A stretch of DNA of 64,000 nucleotides from Prochlorococcus sp. AG-409-P19 (lineage in GTDB: Bacteria > Cyanobacteriota > Cyanobacteriia > PCC-6307 > Cyanobiaceae), in assembly GCA_003215315.1 (NCBI GenBank), contig QCKO01000005.1:23813-87812 (forward strand), in the 5' to 3' direction. Below are positions 29,008-39,038 of this stretch, in pieces. A program made the translations under genes and the position numbers. The notes beneath the pieces are model-generated. The model saw nothing but the letters and a program-made list of their open reading frames with translations, was not told where the DNA came from and searched no databases. Within the stretch, counting starts at the first letter, position 1; every line of letters begins with the position of its first letter.

Positions 29008-29784
29008 TTATTGTAAATCAAAAAGAACCTGGTTAATATAAGATTCAGCCCACTCTTCTCCAAAATAGCTCCTAAGCAATCCTCTCGCAGGATCTTTTTT
29101 TGCTCGATATTGCATATAATTTTTCTGTCCTTTCAAAAGTTCCAAGGATCTCTCTTCGCCTTCACTAATCGATTCATCTAGTAACTCTAAATATAATTTT
29201 ATATATTCAATATATGCTTCATATAGAACTTCAGAAATTATTTTATCTCCATCTGATCCTAATGGAAATCTTGACCAAAGGAAACCTGGTGAAAAATAAG
29301 GTTTTGCATCATCTGGGATAGAACCGCCATGAGGTAATAAAGACTGCCATTTCTGATGGATCGGAAGGATCCTATCCCATACCTTTTTTGTATGTTTTAT
29401 ATCATTTTTAAGTGCAGGCTGCAAATCCAATGCTATCAAATGTCCATTCTTTAATGTCACAAAATCTGCACCAAAGAAAGGAAGATCATAATTACAGTGA
29501 GGAGATACAACTAAATTCAAAATACTAATACTTTCTCCTACTTGTAAACATGCAGACCTAACTTTACGAATCTTATTTGTGATAAATCCCCAAGTAGCAA
29601 GTTTAACTTTTACAGGCTTTTTGATAGATCCGATATTACTTTCTTTATTAAGATATCGATCTTCTAACGAGTAGGATTTGATTTCATAATGAGAAAATAA
29701 CTGATGAAATTTCTCAAGAAAAACAAGCCATCTCCATCCCTTAATATTCACTTTAGATAAGCTATGATTTCTAATATGATTCAT
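29008..29784 (-). CDS. pebB: Phycoerythrobilin:ferredoxin oxidoreductase
   Basis: YDLPFFGADFVTL, ALDLQP, YFSPGFLWSR, YRA.KDPARG; follows pebA. Confidence 0.92.
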   Translation of the reverse strand: MNHIRNHSLSKVNIKGWRWLVFLEKFHQLFSHYEIKSYSLEDRYLNKESNIGSIKKPVKVKLATWGFITNKIRKVRSACLQVGESISILNLVVSPHCNYDLPFFGADFVTLKNGHLIALDLQPALKNDIKHTKKVWDRILPIHQKWQSLLPHGGSIPDDAKPYFSPGFLWSRFPLGSDGDKIISEVLYEAYIEYIKLYLELLDESISEGEERSLELLKGQKNYMQYRAKKDPARGLLRSYFGEEWAESYINQVLFDLQ

Positions 29785-29804
29785 ACAATTATATGGTAAA
29801 GAAA

Positions 29805-30518
29805 TCAGATGGCATCTGTAGTGCTTAATGGAAACAAGAACTGTTTAAGGAAATCATCAGACCATTTTTTTCCGAAAAATCCTGCAAATAAAGAATGAGC
29901 AGGGTCTCTTTCTGCAGAATATTTATCATATTCTATATGTAATTTTTTTACCTGACTAGCGTCCATTTCAGGTTTCACTGATAATACTATCTTAAAAGTT
30001 TCCAAATATGCATTAAGGAAAGAGGAGAATACATTGGGCAAAAGCTCATTCGCTTTTTGAAAATCACCCCTACAAAAAAGAACCCAAGGTGAAAAGTATT
30101 GATTCGGATCATATACTTTCATATTATTATTATCATTAAAATCTGAAAATTTATCTCTTAGACGTTGCAATCCTCCAAAATACTTATCTAAATAGTCTTG
30201 GTCTTGAATAAGGGGTTGAAAATCTAAAACTGCAACTAATTTTTGTTTCTGACCAAACCATAAAAGATCTATTCCCATAATTGGCAAATCTATTTCATAT
30301 GACGGATAAGCAACGGAATTTAAAACTTCTAATTTATTACCGGCTTTAAGACTAGTCACTCTCCATCTCCTAAATTTTGGGACTTTCCACAACCAACTCC
30401 GAATATGACTAGTTCCTTTAAGAGATATACATTCCTTTAAATGCGCAGGCACATACTCTTCTTTTCCTCCTTGATGAATAATATTATTATTTAATTCTTC
30501 CAAAAGAGGCTCAAACAT
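29805..30518 (-). CDS. pebA: 15,16-dihydrobiliverdin:ferredoxin oxidoreductase
   Basis: FRRWRVT, VLNSVAYP, GIDLLWFG, VLDFQPL, YDKYSAERDPAH. ATG at 30518 preferred. Confidence 0.93.
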   Translation of the reverse strand: MFEPLLEELNNNIIHQGGKEEYVPAHLKECISLKGTSHIRSWLWKVPKFRRWRVTSLKAGNKLEVLNSVAYPSYEIDLPIMGIDLLWFGQKQKLVAVLDFQPLIQDQDYLDKYFGGLQRLRDKFSDFNDNNNMKVYDPNQYFSPWVLFCRGDFQKANELLPNVFSSFLNAYLETFKIVLSVKPEMDASQVKKLHIEYDKYSAERDPAHSLFAGFFGKKWSDDFLKQFLFPLSTTDAI

Positions 30519-30672
30519 TAATTTATGCACCCATAGAGCAAGATAATCAGCATATCTTCTGATCTGAATTGGAATATAATATTATATCCTACATGCAAAT
30601 AAAATGTCCTGCATATAACAGTGTATTTCCAACAATCAAATCAAATCATAGATGTTGGATTCATATTACTAT

Positions 30673-31380
30673 TTATTCCGTACTACCTTTACGCTTCTTC
30701 TTTGTCAGAAAGTTAAACAAGACTTTACCAATAGCAGCTATTAAGTTGCCTTCTAATTCGTTAAAAATCTCCATATTATATTTAAAAGCTAAATTTGCTT
30801 CCTCAATAATTAAATTTGCCATATTTTGATCAATTGGAAGATTATCTAAAGTAGATCGATATGTTTCTTTGAAAGCCTTTTCATCCTTAATCTGATCAAA
30901 AATGTAAAAATGTAAGCCTTGATCATCAGGGAGATCCATCGCTTTCTGAGTGATTGTCTTCAACAACTGACCGCCTGATAAATCACCTATATATCTACTG
31001 TAATGATGACCAATCAGTAATTCTGGCTTTGTTTTCGCAATTTCCCTTATGCGCTGTACATATGATTCCCCAGAAGAAGACACTTTTAATAAATTTTGCC
31101 AGTTTTGACCAAAATAAAATTCTAAATCTTTTTCAAGAGTGTGTTTCCTAAAAAGTTCTTTAAAGCCAATTGGAGCAATAACAGGATGCTTCATATCACA
31201 AAGCTTCCCTATCTCCTCTTCCATTGCTGAATAAACAAAATATAGATCTGTCAACAAATTCCTATAAGAAGTTTTATCTACAACTCCTTTAAGGAAACAA
31301 CTTATAAAGCCTGTGTTCTCAGCCATCGTATGAGACTTTTGAGTCCCTTCACGAAGTTGCCTAGCAAGGGCGACTGACAT
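30673..31380 (-). CDS. ho1: Heme oxygenase (biliverdin-producing)
   Basis: LREGTQKSHTMAENTGF and HHYSRYIGDLSGGQ. ATG at 31380 preferred. Confidence 0.96.
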   Translation of the reverse strand: MSVALARQLREGTQKSHTMAENTGFISCFLKGVVDKTSYRNLLTDLYFVYSAMEEEIGKLCDMKHPVIAPIGFKELFRKHTLEKDLEFYFGQNWQNLLKVSSSGESYVQRIREIAKTKPELLIGHHYSRYIGDLSGGQLLKTITQKAMDLPDDQGLHFYIFDQIKDEKAFKETYRSTLDNLPIDQNMANLIIEEANLAFKYNMEIFNELEGNLIAAIGKVLFNFLTKKKRKGSTE

Positions 31381-31460
31381 CAGTTCACAATCATTTAAAT
31401 CAAAACTTACCACTAAGTCATAGGCTCATCGAGTGATCACTCATTAGAAGAAAAGATTTT

Positions 31461-32885
31461 ATGGCTAATTATGAAAAGCTGAATGCGCCAACTCAAGGCC
31501 AAGCAATTGATTTTGTTAATGGTGCACCCATCGTTCCAGACAATCCAATTATCCCATTTATTCGTGGTGATGGAACAGGTGTGGACATTTGGCCTGCTAC
31601 CCAAAAAGTTCTAGATAAAGCTGTTGAGAAGGCATATGGGCAAGACCGCAAAATTGAATGGTTCAAAATTTATGCTGGAGATGAAGCTTGCGAAATCTAT
31701 GGAACATATCAATACCTTCCTCAAGATACGCTTGAAGCAATTAAAACCTATGGAATTGCAATCAAAGGACCACTCACGACCCCTGTTGGAGGCGGAATCC
31801 GGTCTTTAAATGTATCTCTAAGGCAAATCTTTGACTTGTACTCTTGCGTAAGGCCTTGCCGCTACTACAAGGGCACGCCAAGCCCCCATAGAACGCCAGA
31901 AGATCTTGATGTAATCGTCTATCGTGAAAATACTGAAGATATCTATATGGGGATTGAATGGGAAGCAACCGACCCCGAAGGGATCAAATTAATTAATCAA
32001 CTTAATAACCATATAATTCCAGCCAACAAAAAACTCAACAATCGAAAAATTCCTGAAGGGGCAGGAATTGGAATTAAACCAGTCAGCAAAAAAGGTAGTC
32101 AAAGGCATATTCGTCGTGCAATTCAACATGCTCTTCGCCTAAGAAAAAATAAACGTCATGTCACTTTGGTCCACAAAGGCAATATCATGAAGTTCACCGA
32201 AGGTGCCTTCCGAGACTGGGGTTACGAACTCGCAACAACAGAATTTCGCGAAGTATGCATTACTGAGCGAGAAAGTTGGATTCTTGCGAATGCCTCAAAA
32301 AATCAAAATTTAAATATCGAAAATAATGCCAAGATGATTGATCCTGGTTTCTCTTCTCTAACAGAAGAAAAGAAACAAGCAATTTGTGACGAAGTTAAAT
32401 CAGTTCTCGATTCTATTAACTCAACTCATGGAGACGGCAAATGGAGAGAAATGGTAATGGTTGACGATCGTATAGCAGATAGCATCTTTCAACAAATTCA
32501 AACCCGTCCTGAGGAATACTCAATATTGGCTACATTAAATTTGAATGGTGACTACATATCAGATGCAGCTGCTGCAATCGTGGGAGGCTTAGGAATGGCA
32601 CCTGGAGCAAACATAGGAGATAAAGCTGCCATATTCGAAGCAACACATGGAACAGCACCAAAACATGCTGGATTAGATCGTATTAACCCAGGCTCAGTAA
32701 TTCTCAGCGGAGTAATGATGCTGGAATTTATGGGCTGGAATGAAGCAGCAGAAATGATTACTAAAGGAATCAGTCAATCTATCGCAGATCAAAAAGTAAC
32801 TTATGATCTAGCTAGATTAATGGAACCAAAAGTTGAACCTCTTAGTTGCAGCAACTTTGCAAAGGCAATAATTCAAAGATTTTGA
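31461..32885 (+). CDS. icd: NADP-dependent isocitrate dehydrogenase
   Basis: GDGTGVDIW, KGPLTTPVGGGIRSLNV, VHKGNIMKFTEG, NLNGDYISD, EATHGTAPK. Confidence 0.97.
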   Translation: MANYEKLNAPTQGQAIDFVNGAPIVPDNPIIPFIRGDGTGVDIWPATQKVLDKAVEKAYGQDRKIEWFKIYAGDEACEIYGTYQYLPQDTLEAIKTYGIAIKGPLTTPVGGGIRSLNVSLRQIFDLYSCVRPCRYYKGTPSPHRTPEDLDVIVYRENTEDIYMGIEWEATDPEGIKLINQLNNHIIPANKKLNNRKIPEGAGIGIKPVSKKGSQRHIRRAIQHALRLRKNKRHVTLVHKGNIMKFTEGAFRDWGYELATTEFREVCITERESWILANASKNQNLNIENNAKMIDPGFSSLTEEKKQAICDEVKSVLDSINSTHGDGKWREMVMVDDRIADSIFQQIQTRPEEYSILATLNLNGDYISDAAAAIVGGLGMAPGANIGDKAAIFEATHGTAPKHAGLDRINPGSVILSGVMMLEFMGWNEAAEMITKGISQSIADQKVTYDLARLMEPKVEPLSCSNFAKAIIQRF

Positions 32886-32928
32886 TTTATCAAAGAATGT
32901 TGACTTCATCATGGAATATTTGTGTAAA

Positions 32929-34290
32929 TCAATCAAAGACAGATTCCATAATCCTCCAGGCTTTAAAAAGGCTATTTTCACCGCCGAGATTTCCAGGGAA
33001 AGTTACTACTGGCAACTTAGTTTTTTTATTAGATAGTGAGCTTGTAACTAATGACAAGCCAGGCATAATTTGTCCTTCTAAAGTTACTTTATTTGCATTT
33101 AATCCTTTTTCTAAAATAGCATGAGTAGTAATTCCGCCTTTACTAATAATATAACCTAATTCAGGAGACAACTTGTCAACCAAAAAAGCCATGAAATCTG
33201 CTATCCTATTACCAAAGCTTAAGCGGTATGTAGAAGAATTAAAAAGTTTTTCTTCCCTGCTAGTGTATAAAATAGGTGTTCTACCTGAAGCTAAAGCATA
33301 TCTAATTAATTCTAATATTTCTCTTGCAAAATCAGACTCAATAGTTTCAGAAGACATCATATATACAGTATCGTGAAATTTCTGTACATTAAGTTCAATA
33401 CCCACACATCTATTATCCTCTAATATAAAAGATAACTGTTTACTAGAAAGATCAACATATGATCCTACAACTATTAATCCCGGCTTAAATTCTAAATTGT
33501 CATTTTTCAATCTCAATGTGTATATATCTAACTTAAAATCTGACGTTGAACTAATCCCAGATAATGAATTAATTAAACTTGCAGCAGAACGAAATAAGAA
33601 CCTCTTTGCTCTACCAGAAGAGTTTATCGCTCGAACAAAAATATCCAAATGCTCAGTCTTTAATGCATCAACCGTCACCAATTGATTACTATTAAAGCTT
33701 GATATCAAATCTACTAAATTCCTAAAGCCCTCATCACCCTCCAAGGCCAAATCTAATCTAGAAACATTTAGATTAAAAACATCTTCAGATACTAACGCAC
33801 CCTTACTTTTTTCTTCTAACCAATTTGCCAAGTCGCTAGTTGAATAGCCAAAGATTTTATCTTGAGCAAAATCACTCCTGTGAACTGGAACCCCTTTCAG
33901 AAAGTGCACCCCATTTTTTGTAGTTCTTGCACCTTCAAAAAAAGCTGGTATATGAAAAGTCGCATCAAAACTTCCCAATTCTTTATTAATTAGGTCTGGC
34001 TCTAAAAAACCATGTCCCCTTAATGTCGAATCACCTCTACTCACAAAAATAAAATCTTCCTTACTTAATCCCTCTCGTAAGAAAAAATCATGGAGAGATT
34101 TACATATTTGCCTTAGCCTTTTCTCCGCCAAATCGGGAGATAAAGAGCGTGTATTAGCCAAAATAAAAATTAAATTCGATTGTTCTTGAAATGCATTTAA
34201 AAGAGTTGAATACTCCCAATTCAAAATCAGTGGACACTGTCGAACAGTTTGAGACCCAGTAGGATCATCATCAAAAACAATTATCTTCAT
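32929..34290 (-). CDS. Four-carbon acid sugar kinase family protein (DUF1537)
   Basis: DDDPTGSQTV, SRGDSTLRGH, PAF.EG.R.T..G.H, VVGS, SKGGITT, FPGNLG. Confidence 0.88.
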   Translation of the reverse strand: MKIIVFDDDPTGSQTVRQCPLILNWEYSTLLNAFQEQSNLIFILANTRSLSPDLAEKRLRQICKSLHDFFLREGLSKEDFIFVSRGDSTLRGHGFLEPDLINKELGSFDATFHIPAFFEGARTTKNGVHFLKGVPVHRSDFAQDKIFGYSTSDLANWLEEKSKGALVSEDVFNLNVSRLDLALEGDEGFRNLVDLISSFNSNQLVTVDALKTEHLDIFVRAINSSGRAKRFLFRSAASLINSLSGISSTSDFKLDIYTLRLKNDNLEFKPGLIVVGSYVDLSSKQLSFILEDNRCVGIELNVQKFHDTVYMMSSETIESDFAREILELIRYALASGRTPILYTSREEKLFNSSTYRLSFGNRIADFMAFLVDKLSPELGYIISKGGITTHAILEKGLNANKVTLEGQIMPGLSLVTSSLSNKKTKLPVVTFPGNLGGENSLFKAWRIMESVFD

Positions 34291-34331
34291 ATAAAAGTCT
34301 TTCTTATCCAAAAAATCTATTTATTTTGGGT

Positions 34332-35510
34332 TCAAAAGTTATCCCATTCTACAGGAATCTTAATCAAAGATCTGTTCAATTTTGAAACAGAATCACAACC
34401 TAAAAGCTTCATCGTTCTTACAATATCTGCCTGCAAAATTTCTATCGCCCTAGCCACACCTTCCCCACCTGCCGCGGCCAAGCCATAGGCATATGCTCTA
34501 CCAATTAACACTCCTTGAGCTCCCAAGCATAACGCTTTCACAACATCACTACCTCTTCTAATACCCCCATCTAATAAAACATCTATCTGTCCATTAACAG
34601 CTCCTAAGATTTCAGGCAAAGTACTAATCGTGGAAGCAACGCTATCAAGCTGCCTAGCACCATGATTAGATACAACTATTGCATCCGCACCGATGTCAAT
34701 AGCTTTTTTAGCGTCATCACCAATATGAACTCCTTTCACAATAATTTTCCCACCCCAAGCTTCACGTATCCAAGCCAAATCATCCCATGTAACGACTGAC
34801 TGTTCTAAAGCAGGGCCAATAGCTGTATAGCCCATTGGGCCAGTATCTAATTGAACATTTGGAAAGCTCATCAACCCTCCATCACTTAACCATTGTGTTA
34901 ACCAACAAGGTTTTACCAACATCTGAGGGATAAAAGGCAACATTTGAAAAGGATCGCGAGAAAGTAATTCTTTTGTACCGGCTCTTATATCTCTCTCCCT
35001 TAGTCCCGAAACAGGCGTATCAATGGTTACGACTATCGCAGAAAATCCAGCTGCTTTTGCCCTGGCTATCGTTTTCAAGGCAACATCTTTACCACCCAAA
35101 AGATAAAGTTGATACCAAGCTGGTGAGTTAGTAGCTTTTTTGACGTCTTCTAATTTGCATCCAGAAAGGGTTGACAATGTATAACCAGTTCCAACTTTTC
35201 CAGCCTCTCGAGCCGCAGCAACTTCACCTTGTGGATAAAACATTCTACTACTACCGACAGGACCAAGAAGAAAAGGCAACTTAAAGGTCTGACCAATTAC
35301 AGTTATCCCTAAATCGCATGAAGGAGTTGCCACAGCGCAACGTGGTCGAAACAAAATCTCATTAAAAGCACTAGAATTTTGAGATAATGTTTGCTCTCTA
35401 TCTGCACCACTATCTATATAATTAAAAACCATCTCAGGTAGTCGCCTCTTTGCCCTTGACCTGAGATCTTCAATATTTACTACGCCTGGGGCGGAAACAT
35501 TAGCTCCCAT
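34332..35510 (-). CDS. FMN-dependent alpha-hydroxy acid oxidase/dehydrogenase (LldD/glycolate oxidase family)
   Basis: F.YIDSGA, WYQLY, TIDTP, VKG, SNHGARQLD, DGGIRRGSDVVKAL.LGA, GRAY.YGL. Confidence 0.93.
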   Translation of the reverse strand: MGANVSAPGVVNIEDLRSRAKRRLPEMVFNYIDSGADREQTLSQNSSAFNEILFRPRCAVATPSCDLGITVIGQTFKLPFLLGPVGSSRMFYPQGEVAAAREAGKVGTGYTLSTLSGCKLEDVKKATNSPAWYQLYLLGGKDVALKTIARAKAAGFSAIVVTIDTPVSGLRERDIRAGTKELLSRDPFQMLPFIPQMLVKPCWLTQWLSDGGLMSFPNVQLDTGPMGYTAIGPALEQSVVTWDDLAWIREAWGGKIIVKGVHIGDDAKKAIDIGADAIVVSNHGARQLDSVASTISTLPEILGAVNGQIDVLLDGGIRRGSDVVKALCLGAQGVLIGRAYAYGLAAAGGEGVARAIEILQADIVRTMKLLGCDSVSKLNRSLIKIPVEWDNF

Positions 35511-35658
35511 AATATTTATTAGCGAAAAAGGTTCAGAAATTTAATTATAATATATAAAACACCAACAAAAAAAATGCCTTGATACTTTGAAAAATAGAGA
35601 ATGCATTAAATATAAACTATTTAGTCATTTGAAAGTCATGAATACAGTTTAATTAAAT

Positions 35659-36516
35659 TCACCGCCTAAATGAAATTGACGTATTTAATTGACAGCTTCC
35701 TCCTGGATGGACTGATAATCTCCTGTCTCCTGTTATTAAAGAGTTCCTTGGGCTTGTCCAAGGCTCTACACAAATCATAGATCTTGGTGGATCTGTCCAA
35801 ACAACTGTTATATCCATAGGAGCTTGTTGCTTCAACTCAATATAGTGACCATTTACTAAATCATTTATTTTAATAACATTGCTATCAAAAAGCATAATAT
35901 CAATCCCTTCACTACACTTTTGGATTAAATCCTTAGTTTCTTGTTCAATCATATTGACTTGATTCATACATATTGGATTTAATCCCTGCAGATTCAACTT
36001 TTGCAAGTCTGCAATATTAAAATAAGGATGTAAACCAAAAGAAAATGGCATAGAAGTATCACCATTATTTGTAATGATAATATTAATTTGCATTGTTTTT
36101 CTTTTTAAACGAACCTCAATATCCAACAGAAAAGAATATGGGAAAGCTAGCCTAGTAAAATGAGAGTCTTGAAGACTTAACCCAACGCCTAATTGATCTT
36201 GCAGAAGCCGTATATCCCATTCGCAATCTCTTGCAAACCCATGCTGGCTTAAACGATATTCAGATCCCTTAGATACCTTCAAACTTTCGCTAGTTAAATC
36301 TCCACAAATTGGGAAAAGAACGGGAATTCCACCTCTTACACTTTTATCTTTTTGCAAAAAGCGTTTTTGATCAAAATAAAGTACATCTTCACCATTGGAA
36401 CGCCACTCAGTTATTAAGCCTCCACGCTCAGGAACGATTCTTAAGCGATCTCCATTTTCTTGATTTAAATACTCCCAGTGGGAGTAAGGGTTATTCTTCT
36501 GTAAAAAACTAATCAA
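35659..36516 (-). CDS. Aldose 1-epimerase / galactose mutarotase-like protein
   Basis: VPERGG, RGGIPVLFPICG, QHGFARD, FGLHPYF, CVEPWT. TTG at 36516 overlaps the upstream stop codon. Confidence 0.9.
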   Translation of the reverse strand: MISFLQKNNPYSHWEYLNQENGDRLRIVPERGGLITEWRSNGEDVLYFDQKRFLQKDKSVRGGIPVLFPICGDLTSESLKVSKGSEYRLSQHGFARDCEWDIRLLQDQLGVGLSLQDSHFTRLAFPYSFLLDIEVRLKRKTMQINIIITNNGDTSMPFSFGLHPYFNIADLQKLNLQGLNPICMNQVNMIEQETKDLIQKCSEGIDIMLFDSNVIKINDLVNGHYIELKQQAPMDITVVWTDPPRSMICVEPWTSPRNSLITGDRRLSVHPGGSCQLNTSISFRR

Positions 36517-37421
36517 AGTTCTTGTAACCAATCTAAAAGTGCAGAGTTAACTTCCTGAGGAACTTCATCATGAGGACAATGACCTGCATCCAAAATGACC
36601 TCCTTAGTCGCCTTTGGAGTATGTAATTTATACGTCTCTCTTTTACCAGGAGCATTCATCCAAGGATCTCTATTTCCCCATAACAAAAGCAAAGGAGAAT
36701 TTAATTTTGCGAATAATTCATCTAAAGGTTCACCCTGAGGTCCACCTGGGTCAAAAACACTTTTAAAAACATTAAATGCACCTTTATCCATTGAAGGTCT
36801 CCTAATTGATTCAACAAGATCGTCATCCACATTCTTCTTATTCATATAAACCTGATTTAAAGTTCTTCGAATGGTAGATGGCTGCCTTAAATTCTCAAAA
36901 ATCAACCTTTGAAGAACAACATTTTTGAGGAAAATTTCTCCTACTGTTTTTCTAGCAGTCGCCCAAAAACCTTTAACAGGTCTTTTATCTTTACTAAAAT
37001 AACCTGCCGCATTAAGCAAAACTACTCCTGCAGCTTTTTCCCCTAAAGCTGATCCACTAGCCAAAGCAGCATACCCACCTAAAGAATTACCAACCAGAAC
37101 AGTTGGTCTGCCTATCCTTTCTTGCACATACGCCACAATCTGATCTCGCCATAATGGTCCGCCATATTGCAATTCACCAGGCTTAGCACTTCTACCAAAA
37201 CCTAAAAGATCTAATGCATGTACTTCATAAGCTTTAGATATCTCGGGAATATTATGTCTCCAATGATCAGTGGAAGCTCCAAAACCATGAATAAACAAAA
37301 CTGCGGGAGAATCGATATTTTGTGGAAAAGTATCTTGGTCAGGAGTTTTGCACACACAATGAACATCATGTCCTAGATAACGCCATTTAGAACTTGGTGC
37401 TGCAACTAATGAACTCATCAA
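36513..37421 (-). CDS. Alpha/beta fold hydrolase
   Basis: HGFGAS, DLLGFG.S, nucleophile GNSLGG, GHCPHDE. Confidence 0.93.
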   Translation of the reverse strand: MMSSLVAAPSSKWRYLGHDVHCVCKTPDQDTFPQNIDSPAVLFIHGFGASTDHWRHNIPEISKAYEVHALDLLGFGRSAKPGELQYGGPLWRDQIVAYVQERIGRPTVLVGNSLGGYAALASGSALGEKAAGVVLLNAAGYFSKDKRPVKGFWATARKTVGEIFLKNVVLQRLIFENLRQPSTIRRTLNQVYMNKKNVDDDLVESIRRPSMDKGAFNVFKSVFDPGGPQGEPLDELFAKLNSPLLLLWGNRDPWMNAPGKRETYKLHTPKATKEVILDAGHCPHDEVPQEVNSALLDWLQEL

Positions 37422-37499
37422 AAAATCAAGCTACATATCTATATCTTGGATGTTAATCAATAAGGGCAAAAAACCTAGGCTTCTTTAATTTGTATTTTC

Positions 37500-38873
37500 T
37501 TAAAGCAAACCAACTGGGTTAGCAGCTACCTCATCAGGTACTGCATTCCCTCCTGATGGCGGCTTATCCTTCAAAACAAGTCTTAGGAGAACTGGCGCTA
37601 AAAATGTTGTGCCAATTACCATAAGTAATATTGCGGCTTCTAACGAAGGAGTCAAAAGGCCAGCACTAGTACCAAGGCCTAAAAATATCAGTCCCACTTC
37701 TCCCCTAGGCATCATTCCCAATCCAACAACTAATCGATCAGTAGGTTTATCAATAGTGAAACACCAACCTGCTGCTATCTTTCCAACAATTGCAATCGCC
37801 AAAAGGAATCCGGCAACTACTAAAGCAGATCGACTCGAAGGGTCGAGTGGATTTATAACTGAAAGATCCATCCCCGCACCAACTAAAACAAAAAATATCG
37901 TGGCAAATAAAGATACAAGAGGAAGAACAGATTGTTGTATTGCATGATTATTTTTTGAGCTACTAAGTATCAAGCCAGCAGCAAATGCTCCTAATGCGGC
38001 CTCTAGGCCAATGGCAGTAGCTACAAAGCAGCACAACACAAGAATTACAAACGAGGCAACAACAACTGCGCCTGGAGCCTTTAATCGCTCTAGCACCCAA
38101 TCAAAGCCAGGTGCTGCTGTTCTACTAAGAACTATTGCAGCAATAACAAAAACTGTAGCAGCTAGAACCAATTTCACGATTGGTGCAATTTGCAATGAGC
38201 CACCAGAAGCCAATGCAACCACCACTGCCAATATGACAATCCCTAATATGTCATCAAGAACAGCTGCACCAATAACAATTTGCCCTTCGCGAGTTTTCAA
38301 ATATCCTAATTCCCCAAAAACACTCGCAGTAATACCAATGCTTGTAGCAGTCATCGAAGCCCCTGCAAATATTGCTGGAATCACATCTACTTGAAATAAA
38401 AACATTAAGCCCAGAGTGCCAAAAGCAAAAGGCAAAATCACGCCAGCCATAGCAACAGTGAAAGCTTGAGCACCAACTGCAACCAATTCTTCTAGCTCAC
38501 TTTCCAAGCCGGTAAGAAATAGCAAGGCATATAAACCCAGAGTTGCAACAGCCTGAAGAGATGGGAAAGTCTCAAAATACAAATCCGGAACAGCTTCTGA
38601 TGGGACCGATGCAAGGGAACTTATTAGTAAGACAAATCCATTGTTCAACTCTGCATGTGCACTAGGCGGCAATAGAAGATGAAATCCAGAAGCTCCAATA
38701 ATTACTCCTGCAAGGAGCTCTCCAACAATAGTTGGCAGACTAAGCCGCACTAATATTTCTGCTAATGTCCTTGCAGCAACAAAGATCAATAGGAAATTAA
38801 TAACCCCAATAAGAGTCTCAGCAACTTCCACATCATGAGTACTCAAAACTGAAATTACAGGGGACAACATCAT
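37500..38873 (-). CDS. Na+/H+ antiporter, CPA2 family (NhaS3-like)
   Basis: Multi-TM protein with VGELLAG, LFLTGLES, ATSIGIT, GAAVLDD and PRGEVGLIF. Confidence 0.9.
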   Translation of the reverse strand: MMLSPVISVLSTHDVEVAETLIGVINFLLIFVAARTLAEILVRLSLPTIVGELLAGVIIGASGFHLLLPPSAHAELNNGFVLLISSLASVPSEAVPDLYFETFPSLQAVATLGLYALLFLTGLESELEELVAVGAQAFTVAMAGVILPFAFGTLGLMFLFQVDVIPAIFAGASMTATSIGITASVFGELGYLKTREGQIVIGAAVLDDILGIVILAVVVALASGGSLQIAPIVKLVLAATVFVIAAIVLSRTAAPGFDWVLERLKAPGAVVVASFVILVLCCFVATAIGLEAALGAFAAGLILSSSKNNHAIQQSVLPLVSLFATIFFVLVGAGMDLSVINPLDPSSRSALVVAGFLLAIAIVGKIAAGWCFTIDKPTDRLVVGLGMMPRGEVGLIFLGLGTSAGLLTPSLEAAILLMVIGTTFLAPVLLRLVLKDKPPSGGNAVPDEVAANPVGLL

Positions 38874-39038
38874 GATTTTTCTGTTTTTTGACCAAACACA
38901 TTGAACATAAATTACCTAACCGTGGACCCTATTCACTCTATAAAAGACACTAAGAAAACTTTCTCAGGTGTGGATCTGAAGTTCTATGGAATCTAATTAG
39001 TCAACAGAAGCTAACGTCCAGAGACCTAAAAAGCCCTT

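Noticed and set aside
37609-38394. 112-aa and 127-aa plus-strand ORFs inside the antiporter gene (and similar antisense ORFs in moeB, trpE, mrp, manC, acpP, mreBC, dedA)
   Set aside because: Antisense shadows of well-supported genes, with biased composition and no independent motifs.
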